Shown: positions 46,201 through 55,127 of the stretch, piece after piece
How positions within the stretch are numbered: position 1 is the stretch's first letter
How the letters are laid out: each line of letters begins with the position of its first letter
Source: a virus
Virus record (IMG/VR): IMGVR_UViG_3300043395_000996
Span: 115,991 to 179,990 of that record
Length of the DNA stretch: 64,000 nt
Strand: one strand, 5' to 3'
The notes under the pieces: model-generated
What the model was told of the DNA's origin: nothing
Databases searched by the model: none
The model's input: only the letters and a program-made list of their open reading frames with translations
Position numbers and translations under genes: made by a program

Positions 46201-46876
46201 AAATATCACCTAAAGATGTTCTGAATACTTTTATTCTTTTAACATCTCCCGCAAAAGTTTCCATTTGCGATATTTTTATATTAGCAAATGAAGATACTAC
46301 ATTTGATTCAACTTTAACACCATTACTAAATGTATAAATTGGTGAAAGAGTTTCCGTAATAGTTGCTTGGGGTCTACGATAGAAACGAATTTTTGTTGTA
46401 TTAGCTAAAGCAGGGTTTACATTAATTTGCTTTTGCCATTTTACATTATATTGTCCTTCCCATTGAGTTGGAATAGGTGTAATTAATCCGTTATTATTAT
46501 AAGATGATAATTCTCCTAATATTGTAATTGTGGCAGGTCCATAAGATGTATCGGGATAAATGTGAACTGCTACAACTTTTGATATACCTTCATAATATTC
46601 GGTAACTATTTCAGTCCCACCAACTGATGATGAAACTATACCTTCACCTGGTTCGTGGTAAATTACATTTCCTTGCGAATCTTTTATTTCTATTTTCAAT
46701 AAAGTATCGGCTACCAAATATTCAGAACCCGCAATTAGAAATGCATTTTTACCACCTGTAAATGTATCGGGTAATTCGGTTATTTTAAAATATTCTGATG
46801 ATGGATTCGTATCTTCTACAAATACGTTATATCTTTCTAAATTCTCCGGAAATAATGTTTTCTTAACAACAGCCAT
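43277..46876 (-). CDS. Tail fibre protein with a C-terminal peptidase S74 intramolecular chaperone
   Basis: ASSDERLKENI...GVIAQ...YEKVVPLLIEAIKEL; Gly/Ser/Thr-rich shaft. Confidence 0.85.
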   Translation of the reverse strand: MAVVKKTLFPENLERYNVFVEDTNPSSEYFKITELPDTFTGGKNAFLIAGSEYLVADTLLKIEIKDSQGNVIYHEPGEGIVSSSVGGTEIVTEYYEGISKVVAVHIYPDTSYGPATITILGELSSYNNNGLITPIPTQWEGQYNVKWQKQINVNPALANTTKIRFYRRPQATITETLSPIYTFSNGVKVESNVVSSFANIKISQMETFAGDVKRIKVFRTSLGDISDSDLIQDILVESKELLSTYELSGSVVGNGGLFTSETLEKLWIVDGVTTELTSSRIDNGVKLNGAGKFKYSSSLNLSDVSVYELGLDAFYSASTESDLEIYISGSNNGEYLIGTLNGITPTKNLKDQIIQFSLPKAEPTASLYFSQSQNEWHLGNVSLKLTQDSAFSPSEIEFVTSMPTVIGNETYEFNFEFYDVNNNYVPVAVTQSALFTGGNNNLGGTLIFISASQSSSLAELYAVSSSISGTIVVTSGSISGSLTNVSSSVSGTIVTLSGSVSSSITSLSSSVSASNVLILSSSLSKVQQLANGQFSGSFIGDTVIYSPAIGGQVGYIKELFTVGDTSAQQINLDARTTTRKIYIGVGNYNNTDTSVYLDSSGKFSLKDQLLWNGSALTVNGTINVTGGNAATQTYANTIGSNAVSSGSAAASIAGSNAALSASVAYNNAKSIADSIANGSYNGGTLISNDSIISPVIAGANGYISNVLKVGSGGITLDGTNKAIYVGTGTYNNSNTPFYFKSGSTNIFSLGDKLTFDGSTLAINGGITATSLTLQPGVTVPNTKVSGLGTLSTLNSVNATYIDDNSITTGKVVANTLDASHISALNFTGKTATFTQGTIGGWNINPDKLSSPPDGSGYSRLIFSPSPLIAVNDTSGNPKLTIRAGDLTNLGAGNSISIPFASYNFFSWSDAVSNIGSQSLYGTSFSFSVPAGGTYSGTISMSAVGGVATTPGGWSGYLYVGVAWQIASDAGFNNILGYGTISSGGISSAGTVSIAAATNPIAFSAPTSGTYYARLVWNRTLYSNTTATTQFYSKSSSASNVSLGSSVEATEITDKGFQVVNATDKYFRIDRSTFSGAYVKIGGDLSATGNIIAYASSDERLKENIIPIENALEKIDKLNGVEFDWTEEYMQEHIGDDPDANLLVKKHDVGVIAQQIKEVLPEVVVERKDGYLAVRYEKVVPLLIEAIKELKNEINELKNK

Positions 46877-46897
46877 TTACAATATGTTTTACTTTAT

Positions 46898-46906
46898 TAT
46901 AAATAT
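46898..46906 (-). promoter_or_regulatory. Putative late promoter motif ATATTTATA
   Basis: 22 nt upstream of the fibre start; a second copy lies at 46917-46924. Confidence 0.55.
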
Positions 46907-46927
46907 CTTCAAAAAAATAAATATCCC

Positions 46928-46936
46928 ATATTTATA
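46928..46936 (+). promoter_or_regulatory. Putative late promoter motif ATATTTATA (plus strand)
   Basis: Upstream of the only plus-strand gene, oriented with it. Confidence 0.5.
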
Positions 46937-46940
46937 TAAA

Positions 46941-46981
46941 GAAAACTAATATACTCTTTAAAAAACTAAAGAAAACTAAAG
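46941..46981 (+). repeat. Three phased direct repeats (G/A)AAAACTAA
   Basis: Copies start at 46941, 46961 and 46971 (20- and 10-bp spacing), just before the RHH start codon. Confidence 0.6.
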
Positions 46982-46983
46982 TT

Positions 46984-47163
46984 ATGAAATACGCAATGTT
47001 ACAAATAAAAAAAGAAACCCACGAACTTCTCAAAAATTATTGTGAAGAACATGGGTTTAAGATGGGAAGTTTAGTAGAAAACTTAATTAAGAAACACGTT
47101 GGTGTAACTAAACCTCAAGCGGGTGTGTTAAGAGCTGACAAGGTTAAAAGTCAATCTTACTAA
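46984..47163 (+). CDS. Ribbon-helix-helix (Arc/CopG-like) DNA-binding protein
   Basis: Not in the ORF track. 59 aa, MKYAMLQIKKETHELLKNYCEEHGFKMGSLVENLIKKH..., with a strand-helix-G-helix pattern. Confidence 0.7.
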   Translation: MKYAMLQIKKETHELLKNYCEEHGFKMGSLVENLIKKHVGVTKPQAGVLRADKVKSQSY

Positions 47164-50100
47164 ATCCATCTACTTTCTTTATTTCAATCAATCCATCTAC
47201 GATATCTCTCATAGCATCTAAATGGGAAATTACCCATATGAAATCGAATTGAGTTTTTAAATACTGCATCATTCCAAATAAAGATGAAAGGTTATTACTA
47301 TCTAATGTTCCAAAACCTTCATCGATTACTAAAAAGTTAGGTCGAGGTAATCCACAAATGTTTATAAGTGCAACTCTAATTGCTAATCCACTAATAAACT
47401 TCTCCATACCACTACACATCTCCAAAGCCCATTCTTGGTCTTCGTAAACAATCTTAGCGTTAATAGATTTACCATCGACATCCATAACAATACCAAAATC
47501 AACAACCTGTCCTAATATATTATTAATTTCACTTTCAATAACTGGCATTGCTTTTGAAATTAATTCGTATGGAACACCATCTCGCTTAATAGCATCTAAA
47601 TAATATGTGTATAATCGATTCTTTTCTTCCAATTCTTTAACCTCATCCATTTTATCCTTTACATTATCTATAAACGATTGTATTTGAGTAATAGAACCTT
47701 TTAAATCGGATATTTTTTTATTCAAACCTTTTATTTCAGAATCTATTTCAGATTTAGTTCTAGTTAATCCTTCAATTACCGATTCTATTTGCTGATTCTT
47801 CTTAATAGTATCTTCATTGTCGTGATATTTTTGAATATCGTTATTTACTTGCTCTAATTGAGTATCATATAATTCTTTTTGAGTTTCAAATCCTTTTAAC
47901 TCAACAATTGTCTTTTCTTTGAGAACAATTGATTTTTGATATTTAGATTTTAATTCAACTAACTCTTCCCATTGCTCTTCTACATCTGCAATATATGATG
48001 CCTGTTGAATTAACGATTGATGTTTATTACCTAAATCGGATAACTCTTCTTCTTGCTTTTCTACAATTTCCTTTGTGGCGATGGCATCTTTTACAAAGAC
48101 GTTATCCATACAAAACTTACAATTTGGGTCATATTCATGCTTTTCCAAATGTGAAAGTTTCTCTTTATTTGTTTTTATAGATTGTTCTAATAACTGAATT
48201 TGATGTTCGGTTTCATTTATTTCATTTTTGTATTCATCCCATTCCTTTTTAGCATCTTCAATTGATTTTCCATTAATCGTTTTATGTTCTTCAATTGATT
48301 GTGATATTTCTGATATGGATTGAGTCATCGAATCCAATTTTTCATTTTTAGCTTTTTCTTCTGCTAAAACGTGTAAAATATCTCTACCAATTTGATTCTT
48401 TTTCTTTTCTAATTTTTCCAAATCCAAATTACCATCAATTGGAACTAATTCTTTTGTTAATCCCAATATTCTTTCCGATAAATCAGTTGAATCATTTACT
48501 TTATTTTCTAATTCCTTTTCTAAACCTCTTAATTCGGATTTCTTTGTTTGCTTTTCTAAACCCTTTTCAGCTAATTCGGTTGTAAAATCAGTTTTCTTAA
48601 AGTTTTTAATAAGAACACTTACTTCTTTAATATCCTCATTAGCAGTTTCATACAACTTATCAAATATATCCAATCCCATAAATTGTGCTAACAAATCTTT
48701 ACGTTCTGATTGTGATTTATCAATAAAGATTGAATTATTACCTTGTAGTGATAAAGCAGTTAATACAAAATCCTCATATCTACCTACATATTGTTCAATA
48801 GCTGCGTTTGTATCTCTTCTTTCAGTTCCGTTTAATAATTCCTTTTGTCCACCTTCTTCTTTCCAAAATTGAACATCAACTTTAACATTCTTTCCTTTAT
48901 TAATTGTTTTAGCAGTTCTTTCAATAAAGAAATCTACACCATTGATTTGAAATTGTAATTTACAATAGAAATCACTCTTACGATTATTCATAATGTTTTG
49001 AGCTTTAAATGCTCTACTACTTTTATCGTATAAGCAGAATGAAATTGCATCAAATAGAGATGATTTACCACTTGCGTTTGGTGCAAATAATCCCATCAAC
49101 CCACCTACTTTACTGAAATCAATTTTATTGTTCTCACCATATGAAAACATATTACTGAATTCAAATCTGATAGGTTTCCAATGAATATTTCTATGTAAAT
49201 CTTCTTTTTTAATTCTATTATTTACATCAGTATTGATTACTTCTAATGCATCCAAATCTTCCGTTGTTGTAAACGGCATCATTCTTTGAATATAATCTCT
49301 TAATAAAGAGTTTTGATATGATACATCGGAAATATCTTCAAAATCTAATTTTGATGCTCTATTACCCGTTTTAGATTTAGCCAATGAATCGGTTCTGATA
49401 ATTGTAAAATCATCAACACCATATCTCATTTTAATTTCGGTTACTACTTTCTTTGTATCAGCAGTATCGGTATTAGATAAACGAACTCGCAATCTCGGAT
49501 ATTTTGGCATATTTGTTACAACTGGCACATTTCCGTTATCAACATCTAATGTATAATATCCATAATCATTTTGAATATCAACGGATTCATAAGTCATTGT
49601 ATCCAAATCCCATACAACAAATCCATGCTTATCTAAAGTTTCACCAAAGTTTTGTTGAACCAAAGAACCCGCATAAACTACTTTACAACCTTTTGGAGAA
49701 ATCATCTCTTGTCGTTTGTGAATATCACCCAATAGGGCTAAATCGAATCCATCAAACATATCCGTTGTAAAATGTCTACTACTTACTACATAACCAATAT
49801 CAGTCATAGAATTATCAACTGGTCCGTGGAATAAAGCAATTTTCTTATTGCCAAACATTTTATCAGCAGTAATCCAATTCTTCTTATCATCAAAAATACT
49901 GAATACTGAAAAATCTACATCATCTATTGAATAAACTTGCGTATCTCTTAAATAATGAAAGTTTGGTAGGTTTAAAGCGTTTACAATTGGGGTTAGAACA
50001 TCCATTCTATCCAAATTGTTCATATTACAATCATGATTACCCGTAATAAGAATGGTTTCACAATGTTTAGAACATTCGGTAAACAACCAATTGATTTCGT

Positions 50101-50287
50101 TCACTAATTCGGGTGACATTTCCAATTTAGCATGAGCAATATCTCCTGCCAAATAAATGATAGAATCTTCCGTTCCTCTTTTACGGATTTCTTCAAACAT
50201 CTTTTCAAATACTTGTCTATATTCTTTGTGTCGTTGCACATTACGAATATGAACATCGGCAATGTGGTAAATTCGTTTTAAACTCAT
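47144..50287 (-). CDS. Fused Mre11/SbcD nuclease - Rad50/SbcC ATPase (gp47-gp46-like)
   Basis: DVH, GDIAH, GNHD and GDIH phosphoesterase motifs; Walker A PNASGKSS; zinc hook CKFC; signature CSGME; Walker B IDEGFG. Confidence 0.92.
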   Translation of the reverse strand: MSLKRIYHIADVHIRNVQRHKEYRQVFEKMFEEIRKRGTEDSIIYLAGDIAHAKLEMSPELVNEINWLFTECSKHCETILITGNHDCNMNNLDRMDVLTPIVNALNLPNFHYLRDTQVYSIDDVDFSVFSIFDDKKNWITADKMFGNKKIALFHGPVDNSMTDIGYVVSSRHFTTDMFDGFDLALLGDIHKRQEMISPKGCKVVYAGSLVQQNFGETLDKHGFVVWDLDTMTYESVDIQNDYGYYTLDVDNGNVPVVTNMPKYPRLRVRLSNTDTADTKKVVTEIKMRYGVDDFTIIRTDSLAKSKTGNRASKLDFEDISDVSYQNSLLRDYIQRMMPFTTTEDLDALEVINTDVNNRIKKEDLHRNIHWKPIRFEFSNMFSYGENNKIDFSKVGGLMGLFAPNASGKSSLFDAISFCLYDKSSRAFKAQNIMNNRKSDFYCKLQFQINGVDFFIERTAKTINKGKNVKVDVQFWKEEGGQKELLNGTERRDTNAAIEQYVGRYEDFVLTALSLQGNNSIFIDKSQSERKDLLAQFMGLDIFDKLYETANEDIKEVSVLIKNFKKTDFTTELAEKGLEKQTKKSELRGLEKELENKVNDSTDLSERILGLTKELVPIDGNLDLEKLEKKKNQIGRDILHVLAEEKAKNEKLDSMTQSISEISQSIEEHKTINGKSIEDAKKEWDEYKNEINETEHQIQLLEQSIKTNKEKLSHLEKHEYDPNCKFCMDNVFVKDAIATKEIVEKQEEELSDLGNKHQSLIQQASYIADVEEQWEELVELKSKYQKSIVLKEKTIVELKGFETQKELYDTQLEQVNNDIQKYHDNEDTIKKNQQIESVIEGLTRTKSEIDSEIKGLNKKISDLKGSITQIQSFIDNVKDKMDEVKELEEKNRLYTYYLDAIKRDGVPYELISKAMPVIESEINNILGQVVDFGIVMDVDGKSINAKIVYEDQEWALEMCSGMEKFISGLAIRVALINICGLPRPNFLVIDEGFGTLDSNNLSSLFGMMQYLKTQFDFIWVISHLDAMRDIVDGLIEIKKVDGFSKIDF

Positions 50288-51225
50288 AATGAATTTATTT
50301 TATTTAATAATAAATCTTCTGATGAAAATTCTTTTGTTTTATTTAATTCTTCGTAAAATTTTTCATAACCCATATCAGATGCATCTTTATCTTTTAGATA
50401 CATCATCTTTACATTGATTCCATTTTTTCTAAAATAATCAGCTGCTTTAAGTGCTTCATTGATTGCATCATTATCCAATGAAATTATGATATCACTTATA
50501 CCACTAATGAATATTTTTTCAACTAATTGTTTAGATGGAAACTTACCTAAAAGTGGAATAGCATTTCGTTTGATTGTTATAGCATCAAATACACCTTCAC
50601 ATAATATAATTGGTTCTTTCCAATTAACTTGCGATTCAAAACAAATTATATTTTTACTGATTGGTGGATTTTTGTATTTCATTTTCTCTTCTGGGTAATA
50701 TGAACGAGAAACAAAATAGTTTAATAATCCATCCGAATTATATGATGGAATTATTACTCGTCTCGCATACAATCCATCTTTACAATAACCAATATTATGT
50801 TTTATTATATCTTTTATAGTAATACCTCTTTCAGTTAAATAATACATAGCATGTTTATATTCGGGATTAAATCCCTTTGGTTCTTCTGCTAATGAAATAA
50901 ATTCTTTTGGGAGAGAGATGAATACCTTTGTTTCGGCATCTTCTTGTTGTGGTGTCCAATTACTATCACCATAAATTTCTCTAATTACGGATATAGTTTT
51001 TCTATCTACATCTAATTTACGAAGTAAAGATGTTAATTTTTTACCACCACTATTGCAAGTCCAACAATGCCATTTTTGGGTTTCAGTATTTATTTGTAAT
51101 TTGGGCTTATGATGGTTACAAAACGGGCAATAATATGCTATTTCGTTCCCTTTTAGGGAAACGCCACTACCCAACACATTATTTAGGGTATGTATTACCT
51201 TATTTTTGTCATTGCTACTTAACAC
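50284..51225 (-). CDS. DNA primase (Zn finger + TOPRIM), gp61/DnaG-like
   Basis: CPFCNH..CWTC, RVIIP, CEGVFD and LDND..D motifs. Start moved to the in-frame GTG 51225, downstream of the promoter. Confidence 0.88.
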   Translation of the reverse strand: MLSSNDKNKVIHTLNNVLGSGVSLKGNEIAYYCPFCNHHKPKLQINTETQKWHCWTCNSGGKKLTSLLRKLDVDRKTISVIREIYGDSNWTPQQEDAETKVFISLPKEFISLAEEPKGFNPEYKHAMYYLTERGITIKDIIKHNIGYCKDGLYARRVIIPSYNSDGLLNYFVSRSYYPEEKMKYKNPPISKNIICFESQVNWKEPIILCEGVFDAITIKRNAIPLLGKFPSKQLVEKIFISGISDIIISLDNDAINEALKAADYFRKNGINVKMMYLKDKDASDMGYEKFYEELNKTKEFSSEDLLLNKINSL

Positions 51226-51229
51226 AAAA

Positions 51230-51261
51230 CAAATATACGACAAATATTTTAAATTACCAAA
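51230..51261 (-). promoter_or_regulatory. Bacteroidota-type sigma-A promoter (TTTG-N20-TATATTTG)
   Basis: -33 box at 51258-51261, -7 box at 51230-51237. Confidence 0.7.
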
Positions 51262-51264
51262 TTT

Positions 51265-51678
51265 TTATGGTTCTAAAAACCAACTTTCTGGTATTTCTTT
51301 ATCTGCGTATTTAAATCCGTTTTTTTCACACCACAATGCATATGTGGTTTTAGAATTTTTACTGATTTTGTTCTTTGAATTCGAGAATACGAATCTGATA
51401 TCTAATTGCGGATTTTGCTCCTTAACTAACAAATGTTTTTTTCTATCTGCTGCAAGAAATCTACCTTTTGTTTCTACGAATATACCATTAGGCAACTTAA
51501 AATCAGGATTGTAAGTATGTTTAGAAGCAGGTACAATATAATTGACCTTTTCCGATTCATATTTAACTTCAATCCCCTTTCTTTCAATTTGTGTTGAAAT
51601 GTTTTCTTCAAGACCGGATTTAAATCCATATTTTCTAGCAACCCATGTGCTAGATTTTTTTATAACTTTTTTAGCCAT
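51265..51678 (-). CDS. T7 endonuclease I-like Holliday junction resolvase
   Basis: FKSGLEE, YE...Y....H.YNPDF.LPNGIFVETKGRF...DRKKH and DIRFVF motifs. Confidence 0.9.
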   Translation of the reverse strand: MAKKVIKKSSTWVARKYGFKSGLEENISTQIERKGIEVKYESEKVNYIVPASKHTYNPDFKLPNGIFVETKGRFLAADRKKHLLVKEQNPQLDIRFVFSNSKNKISKNSKTTYALWCEKNGFKYADKEIPESWFLEP

Positions 51679-51683
51679 TAAAA

Positions 51684-51893
51684 TTATTTTTTCTTCATAT
51701 CGGAGTATTTACCTCCAGCGATTTCACCACCTCTACCAGTTTTGAATTTTGCAGCAGTTAGTACTTGCTCATCTATTTTTTTCAAATCATTTGTAGTGTA
51801 TGGCGTTTTTGCATTAACACCGGCTTCATAAGAAATTTTATCAACTCCTAATGCTGCTTTGTTTGCTTCGTATAAATCTAAAATCTTTGACAT
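51684..51893 (-). CDS. Small hypothetical protein
   Basis: 69-aa ORF preceded by ATATTTAT at 51912-51919. Confidence 0.55.
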   Translation of the reverse strand: MSKILDLYEANKAALGVDKISYEAGVNAKTPYTTNDLKKIDEQVLTAAKFKTGRGGEIAGGKYSDMKKK

Positions 51894-51918
51894 AGTTTCT
51901 ATTGTTTAGTAATAAATA

Positions 51919-52602
51919 TTAAATATTTTTGTTTAATTCAAAAAATGTGGTATAAGCAAATCTAATAAATCCATTTTTAACAGGGTTTACACCATGTGTG
52001 ATATTACTATTTACAAATTCTAATAAAGAAAAATTTCCTAAAACAGGTTTTATACTAAATTCTTTTTTACTGTTTGTTATAATAGTTAATTCACCGCCGC
52101 CATCGTTATACTCTTCTTCTGGTGTTAAATATATAATTAACCCACAAACTCTACCATCGTTCAATCCATCCATATGTGGGCATATCATATCCCCATCTAA
52201 ATACATTGTAAAATTTCCATTATTTTTAAAATCTTCTATTTTATAATTTGAATTTGGATACATTGCTTTTACAATATCAAATCCAATTTTTCTGAAATAT
52301 TGATTTAATGTAAAATCACTATGAAATTCGTACCATCTTTGCCAAATATTCAAATTGTTTTCTTTTACAAATTTATTCCTAGCATCCACTTCATCAAATG
52401 CGATTGAATCTTCATAATTTTTTTCACCTGGATAATATTGATATCTGCATCTTATATCCGATGTATTTTCTTTTGCAAACTTTTTTAATAAATTAATATT
52501 ATTTAATAAGGTAGCATCATTTTTATCAACAAAATCAAATAAACTTCCAACATATACTCCTTCATTAATATAATCGTTTGGATTGATAGGTGTGCTTTTC
52601 AT
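51919..52602 (-). CDS. 2OG-Fe(II) oxygenase
   Basis: PHMDG...LIIYL...GGEL...HGV...R motifs. Confidence 0.85.
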   Translation of the reverse strand: MKSTPINPNDYINEGVYVGSLFDFVDKNDATLLNNINLLKKFAKENTSDIRCRYQYYPGEKNYEDSIAFDEVDARNKFVKENNLNIWQRWYEFHSDFTLNQYFRKIGFDIVKAMYPNSNYKIEDFKNNGNFTMYLDGDMICPHMDGLNDGRVCGLIIYLTPEEEYNDGGGELTIITNSKKEFSIKPVLGNFSLLEFVNSNITHGVNPVKNGFIRFAYTTFFELNKNI

Positions 52603-52605
52603 AAA

Positions 52606-53793
52606 TTATGTATCAAATCTAATAATAAAGTTTACAGGTATATCTGGTTCTGATTTAATAGGTTGTGGTAATTTTGCTACTGCTACCAAATCCATATCAT
52701 CATCATATAATCCGATTGTGGTTATAAATGGAGCAAGGAATGAACCCGTTGAATCCATAGAACCACTTAAATCGTAATGTTCGAATCCGGCGAATTTATT
52801 AGAATCAACTGATGATGTAAATCGATAATCCAACTCATTTCCATTATCTAATATAGATTTTTTACGAATATATTTTACACCAGGTTTTGTTATTGTTTGA
52901 TATATTTTACCATCCGAACCTATTAATTTTTCGGTTTCTTTTCCTACTTCTACAATTGCAGATGGATTTTGTGAAACATTAAATTCATCTTTATTAACAA
53001 TTAACAAATATTCATGTTCATAAATAGTTTGAGTAGATTTGTAACTTAAATCAAATGATGCAGTTAATATTTCTTCAACATCCTTTGTTATTACCAATAT
53101 ACCTTGATTATAAAATACATTACCAACTTTATAGTCTGCAGCAGAACCTATTAAGAATGGCATTTGTTTTACTTTCAATTTGCCAGTATTGATATCAAAT
53201 GATATCAATTGCATTTCGTAAGTATTTCCTTCATATTTTAATGTCAATGTATCATTTTGAATATCCATATCATCCAATCCGTTTAAAAACGTAGTATGAT
53301 ATTCTACACCATTTATATCTTCAAATAATAATTGATTAAATGAACCCGTATCAAATCCAGCTATTAAAGATGTTACACTAACCGAATCTCCGCTAGCATC
53401 TATTAAATTACCATTCTCATCATCGATAAATATTTTAGCCGATGAAGCATCGTTCAATATTAATGAACCCTTTTTAATTCCTTCCCCAACATATATTTGT
53501 GGAATAGAAAGTATTTTTGCATTTGACCCCAAATATCTTTCACCTGCACTACTTGTATCATATAAATTAGTTTTTGAACCCAATCTATAAAACGGATTAT
53601 CTTCGTTTCCATTATAAAATGCTGAACGTAGTGTTCCGTAGATTGAATTTTTGGGATATAAGCCGGAGAATTCGGATGAAGATACGTTGGCTTCTAATAA
53701 TGTAATCTCCGTAGAGTTTTCATCAAAGCTCCAATTCTTATACGCCTTAAACGGGCGAATACTAATATCTGATTTAGGTATTCTTTTTAACAT
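52606..53793 (-). CDS. Virion structural (baseplate/tail) protein
   Basis: C-terminal FITTIGLYDDDMDLVAVAKLPQPIK motif, shared with the neighbouring gene. Confidence 0.6.
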   Translation of the reverse strand: MLKRIPKSDISIRPFKAYKNWSFDENSTEITLLEANVSSSEFSGLYPKNSIYGTLRSAFYNGNEDNPFYRLGSKTNLYDTSSAGERYLGSNAKILSIPQIYVGEGIKKGSLILNDASSAKIFIDDENGNLIDASGDSVSVTSLIAGFDTGSFNQLLFEDINGVEYHTTFLNGLDDMDIQNDTLTLKYEGNTYEMQLISFDINTGKLKVKQMPFLIGSAADYKVGNVFYNQGILVITKDVEEILTASFDLSYKSTQTIYEHEYLLIVNKDEFNVSQNPSAIVEVGKETEKLIGSDGKIYQTITKPGVKYIRKKSILDNGNELDYRFTSSVDSNKFAGFEHYDLSGSMDSTGSFLAPFITTIGLYDDDMDLVAVAKLPQPIKSEPDIPVNFIIRFDT

Positions 53794-53799
53794 ATCACA

Positions 53800-53808
53800 T
53801 ATAAATAT
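53800..53808 (-). promoter_or_regulatory. Putative late promoter motif ATATTTATA
   Basis: 7 nt upstream of the start at 53793, immediately after a terminator. Confidence 0.5.
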
Positions 53809-53817
53809 CTTATTAAT

Positions 53818-53843
53818 GAAAAACCCAATCCTTTGAGATTGGG
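53818..53843 (-). terminator. Intrinsic terminator
   Basis: 7-bp stem CCCAATC/GATTGGG (53824-53830 / 53837-53843) followed by a U-tract on the minus strand. Confidence 0.75.
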
Positions 53844-53874
53844 CTTTCAGTTTTATATTTAGATTGTTCTCTGA

Positions 53875-55119
53875 TTAGAAATCTAATTTAACCTTAATAG
53901 AAACTTCTTTATCAAATGATTTTTCAATCGGTTTAGAAGTTTTTGCTACTGCTAATAATTCATTTGCATCATTGTATAAACCTACAGTTGTAATATAAAC
54001 ATGCGGGTCTTTTTCAAACGTTGCTTGAACAAATTGGCCAGTTGAGCCAGTTACGAATGTTGGGTTGTTTGAGAAGTTAAACTCTCTATTGTTTGCTCTT
54101 ACGAAGTAATGTGAAGTAGAAACGTTTTCAGTTCTACGAGCTTGGAAATCGTTTCCATTATCTAATGCTTTTAACAATGCTACACCACCAAAGTTTGCAC
54201 CTCTATTGATGTGGTATGTAGATGCTGCTGAAGATGTTGCTGCTGCTAATGCTCCTCCAACTGATGCTGATAAAGCGGTTGGATTTAATAAGATAACTCC
54301 CATATCAGGATAGAATAAACCATATCCTTGCTTTGTGTAAGTATCAGAATATTGTGCAACTGATGCAGTTGTAGCAACTCCAATATTTAATGAACCACTA
54401 ACTAAATTGTAAACTCTACCTGAAGCAGTTACATTTTCATCAGTTGCTCCACTATCATCAATCAAAGTTACAGTACCAGCGGTACCTGTTAATGTGATTG
54501 AAATGTTACCCGGGTCTAATCTTTCTTTGTATCTAGCTCTATTGATATTGATTACATAGAAGTTTGATAAATCGTATGCTGCTGCAGTTGAACCACTATA
54601 TACACTAAATGCGTTATCACCACTTCCTAACAATACGTTTTTATATTGGTTGAAAGTTGCGATTGTAGATAATGTTGAATTATCATCTTGTGTTAAAGTT
54701 GGTGCACCATATCCATTCACATCACCATAAGCGATTGAGAATTGAACTTCTGATGCTTCAGATGAAGTTAATCCATTATATACATCAATGTAGTATTTAC
54801 CACTTGTAGATGCTACTTGCGCTGAAGATGTATAAGTTGAATCTACTGATAATGAACCAGTATCACCACTCCATATACCTGAAGTTACAACTTCCGTTCT
54901 GTTAGTTACTTTATCGATGGCGCCAAACTTCTTATAAATTCCGTTTGATATTGTTGTCGAATCGGAGCTGATTTGTTCACCCGTTCCTAAAAATTGGTTC
55001 ATTAATTTAACCAATTCGTTAGTATCGATAGGTGTACCTGCTGTATTTGCTGCGCCTGCTAAATACTGCGAAATGTTACTTGCTAAAAGCGCTCCTCTAT
55101 TATCTCTTATTACTGCCAT
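53875..55119 (-). CDS. Virion structural (baseplate/tail) protein
   Basis: YFVRANNREFNFSNNPTF...YITTVGLYNDANELLAVAKTSKPI motifs. Confidence 0.65.
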   Translation of the reverse strand: MAVIRDNRGALLASNISQYLAGAANTAGTPIDTNELVKLMNQFLGTGEQISSDSTTISNGIYKKFGAIDKVTNRTEVVTSGIWSGDTGSLSVDSTYTSSAQVASTSGKYYIDVYNGLTSSEASEVQFSIAYGDVNGYGAPTLTQDDNSTLSTIATFNQYKNVLLGSGDNAFSVYSGSTAAAYDLSNFYVININRARYKERLDPGNISITLTGTAGTVTLIDDSGATDENVTASGRVYNLVSGSLNIGVATTASVAQYSDTYTKQGYGLFYPDMGVILLNPTALSASVGGALAAATSSAASTYHINRGANFGGVALLKALDNGNDFQARRTENVSTSHYFVRANNREFNFSNNPTFVTGSTGQFVQATFEKDPHVYITTVGLYNDANELLAVAKTSKPIEKSFDKEVSIKVKLDF

Positions 55120-55127
55120 AGTTTATA

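Noticed and set aside
6794-51243. ORF-track N-terminal extensions (starts at 6817, 13314, 14930, 23868, 25281, 40773, 51243)
   Set aside because: They overlap upstream genes or promoters; downstream ATG/GTG codons fit translational coupling and promoter spacing better.
51265-51678. Homing endonuclease
   Set aside because: The motifs match T7 endonuclease I (PD-(D/E)xK resolvase), not HNH, GIY-YIG or LAGLIDADG families.
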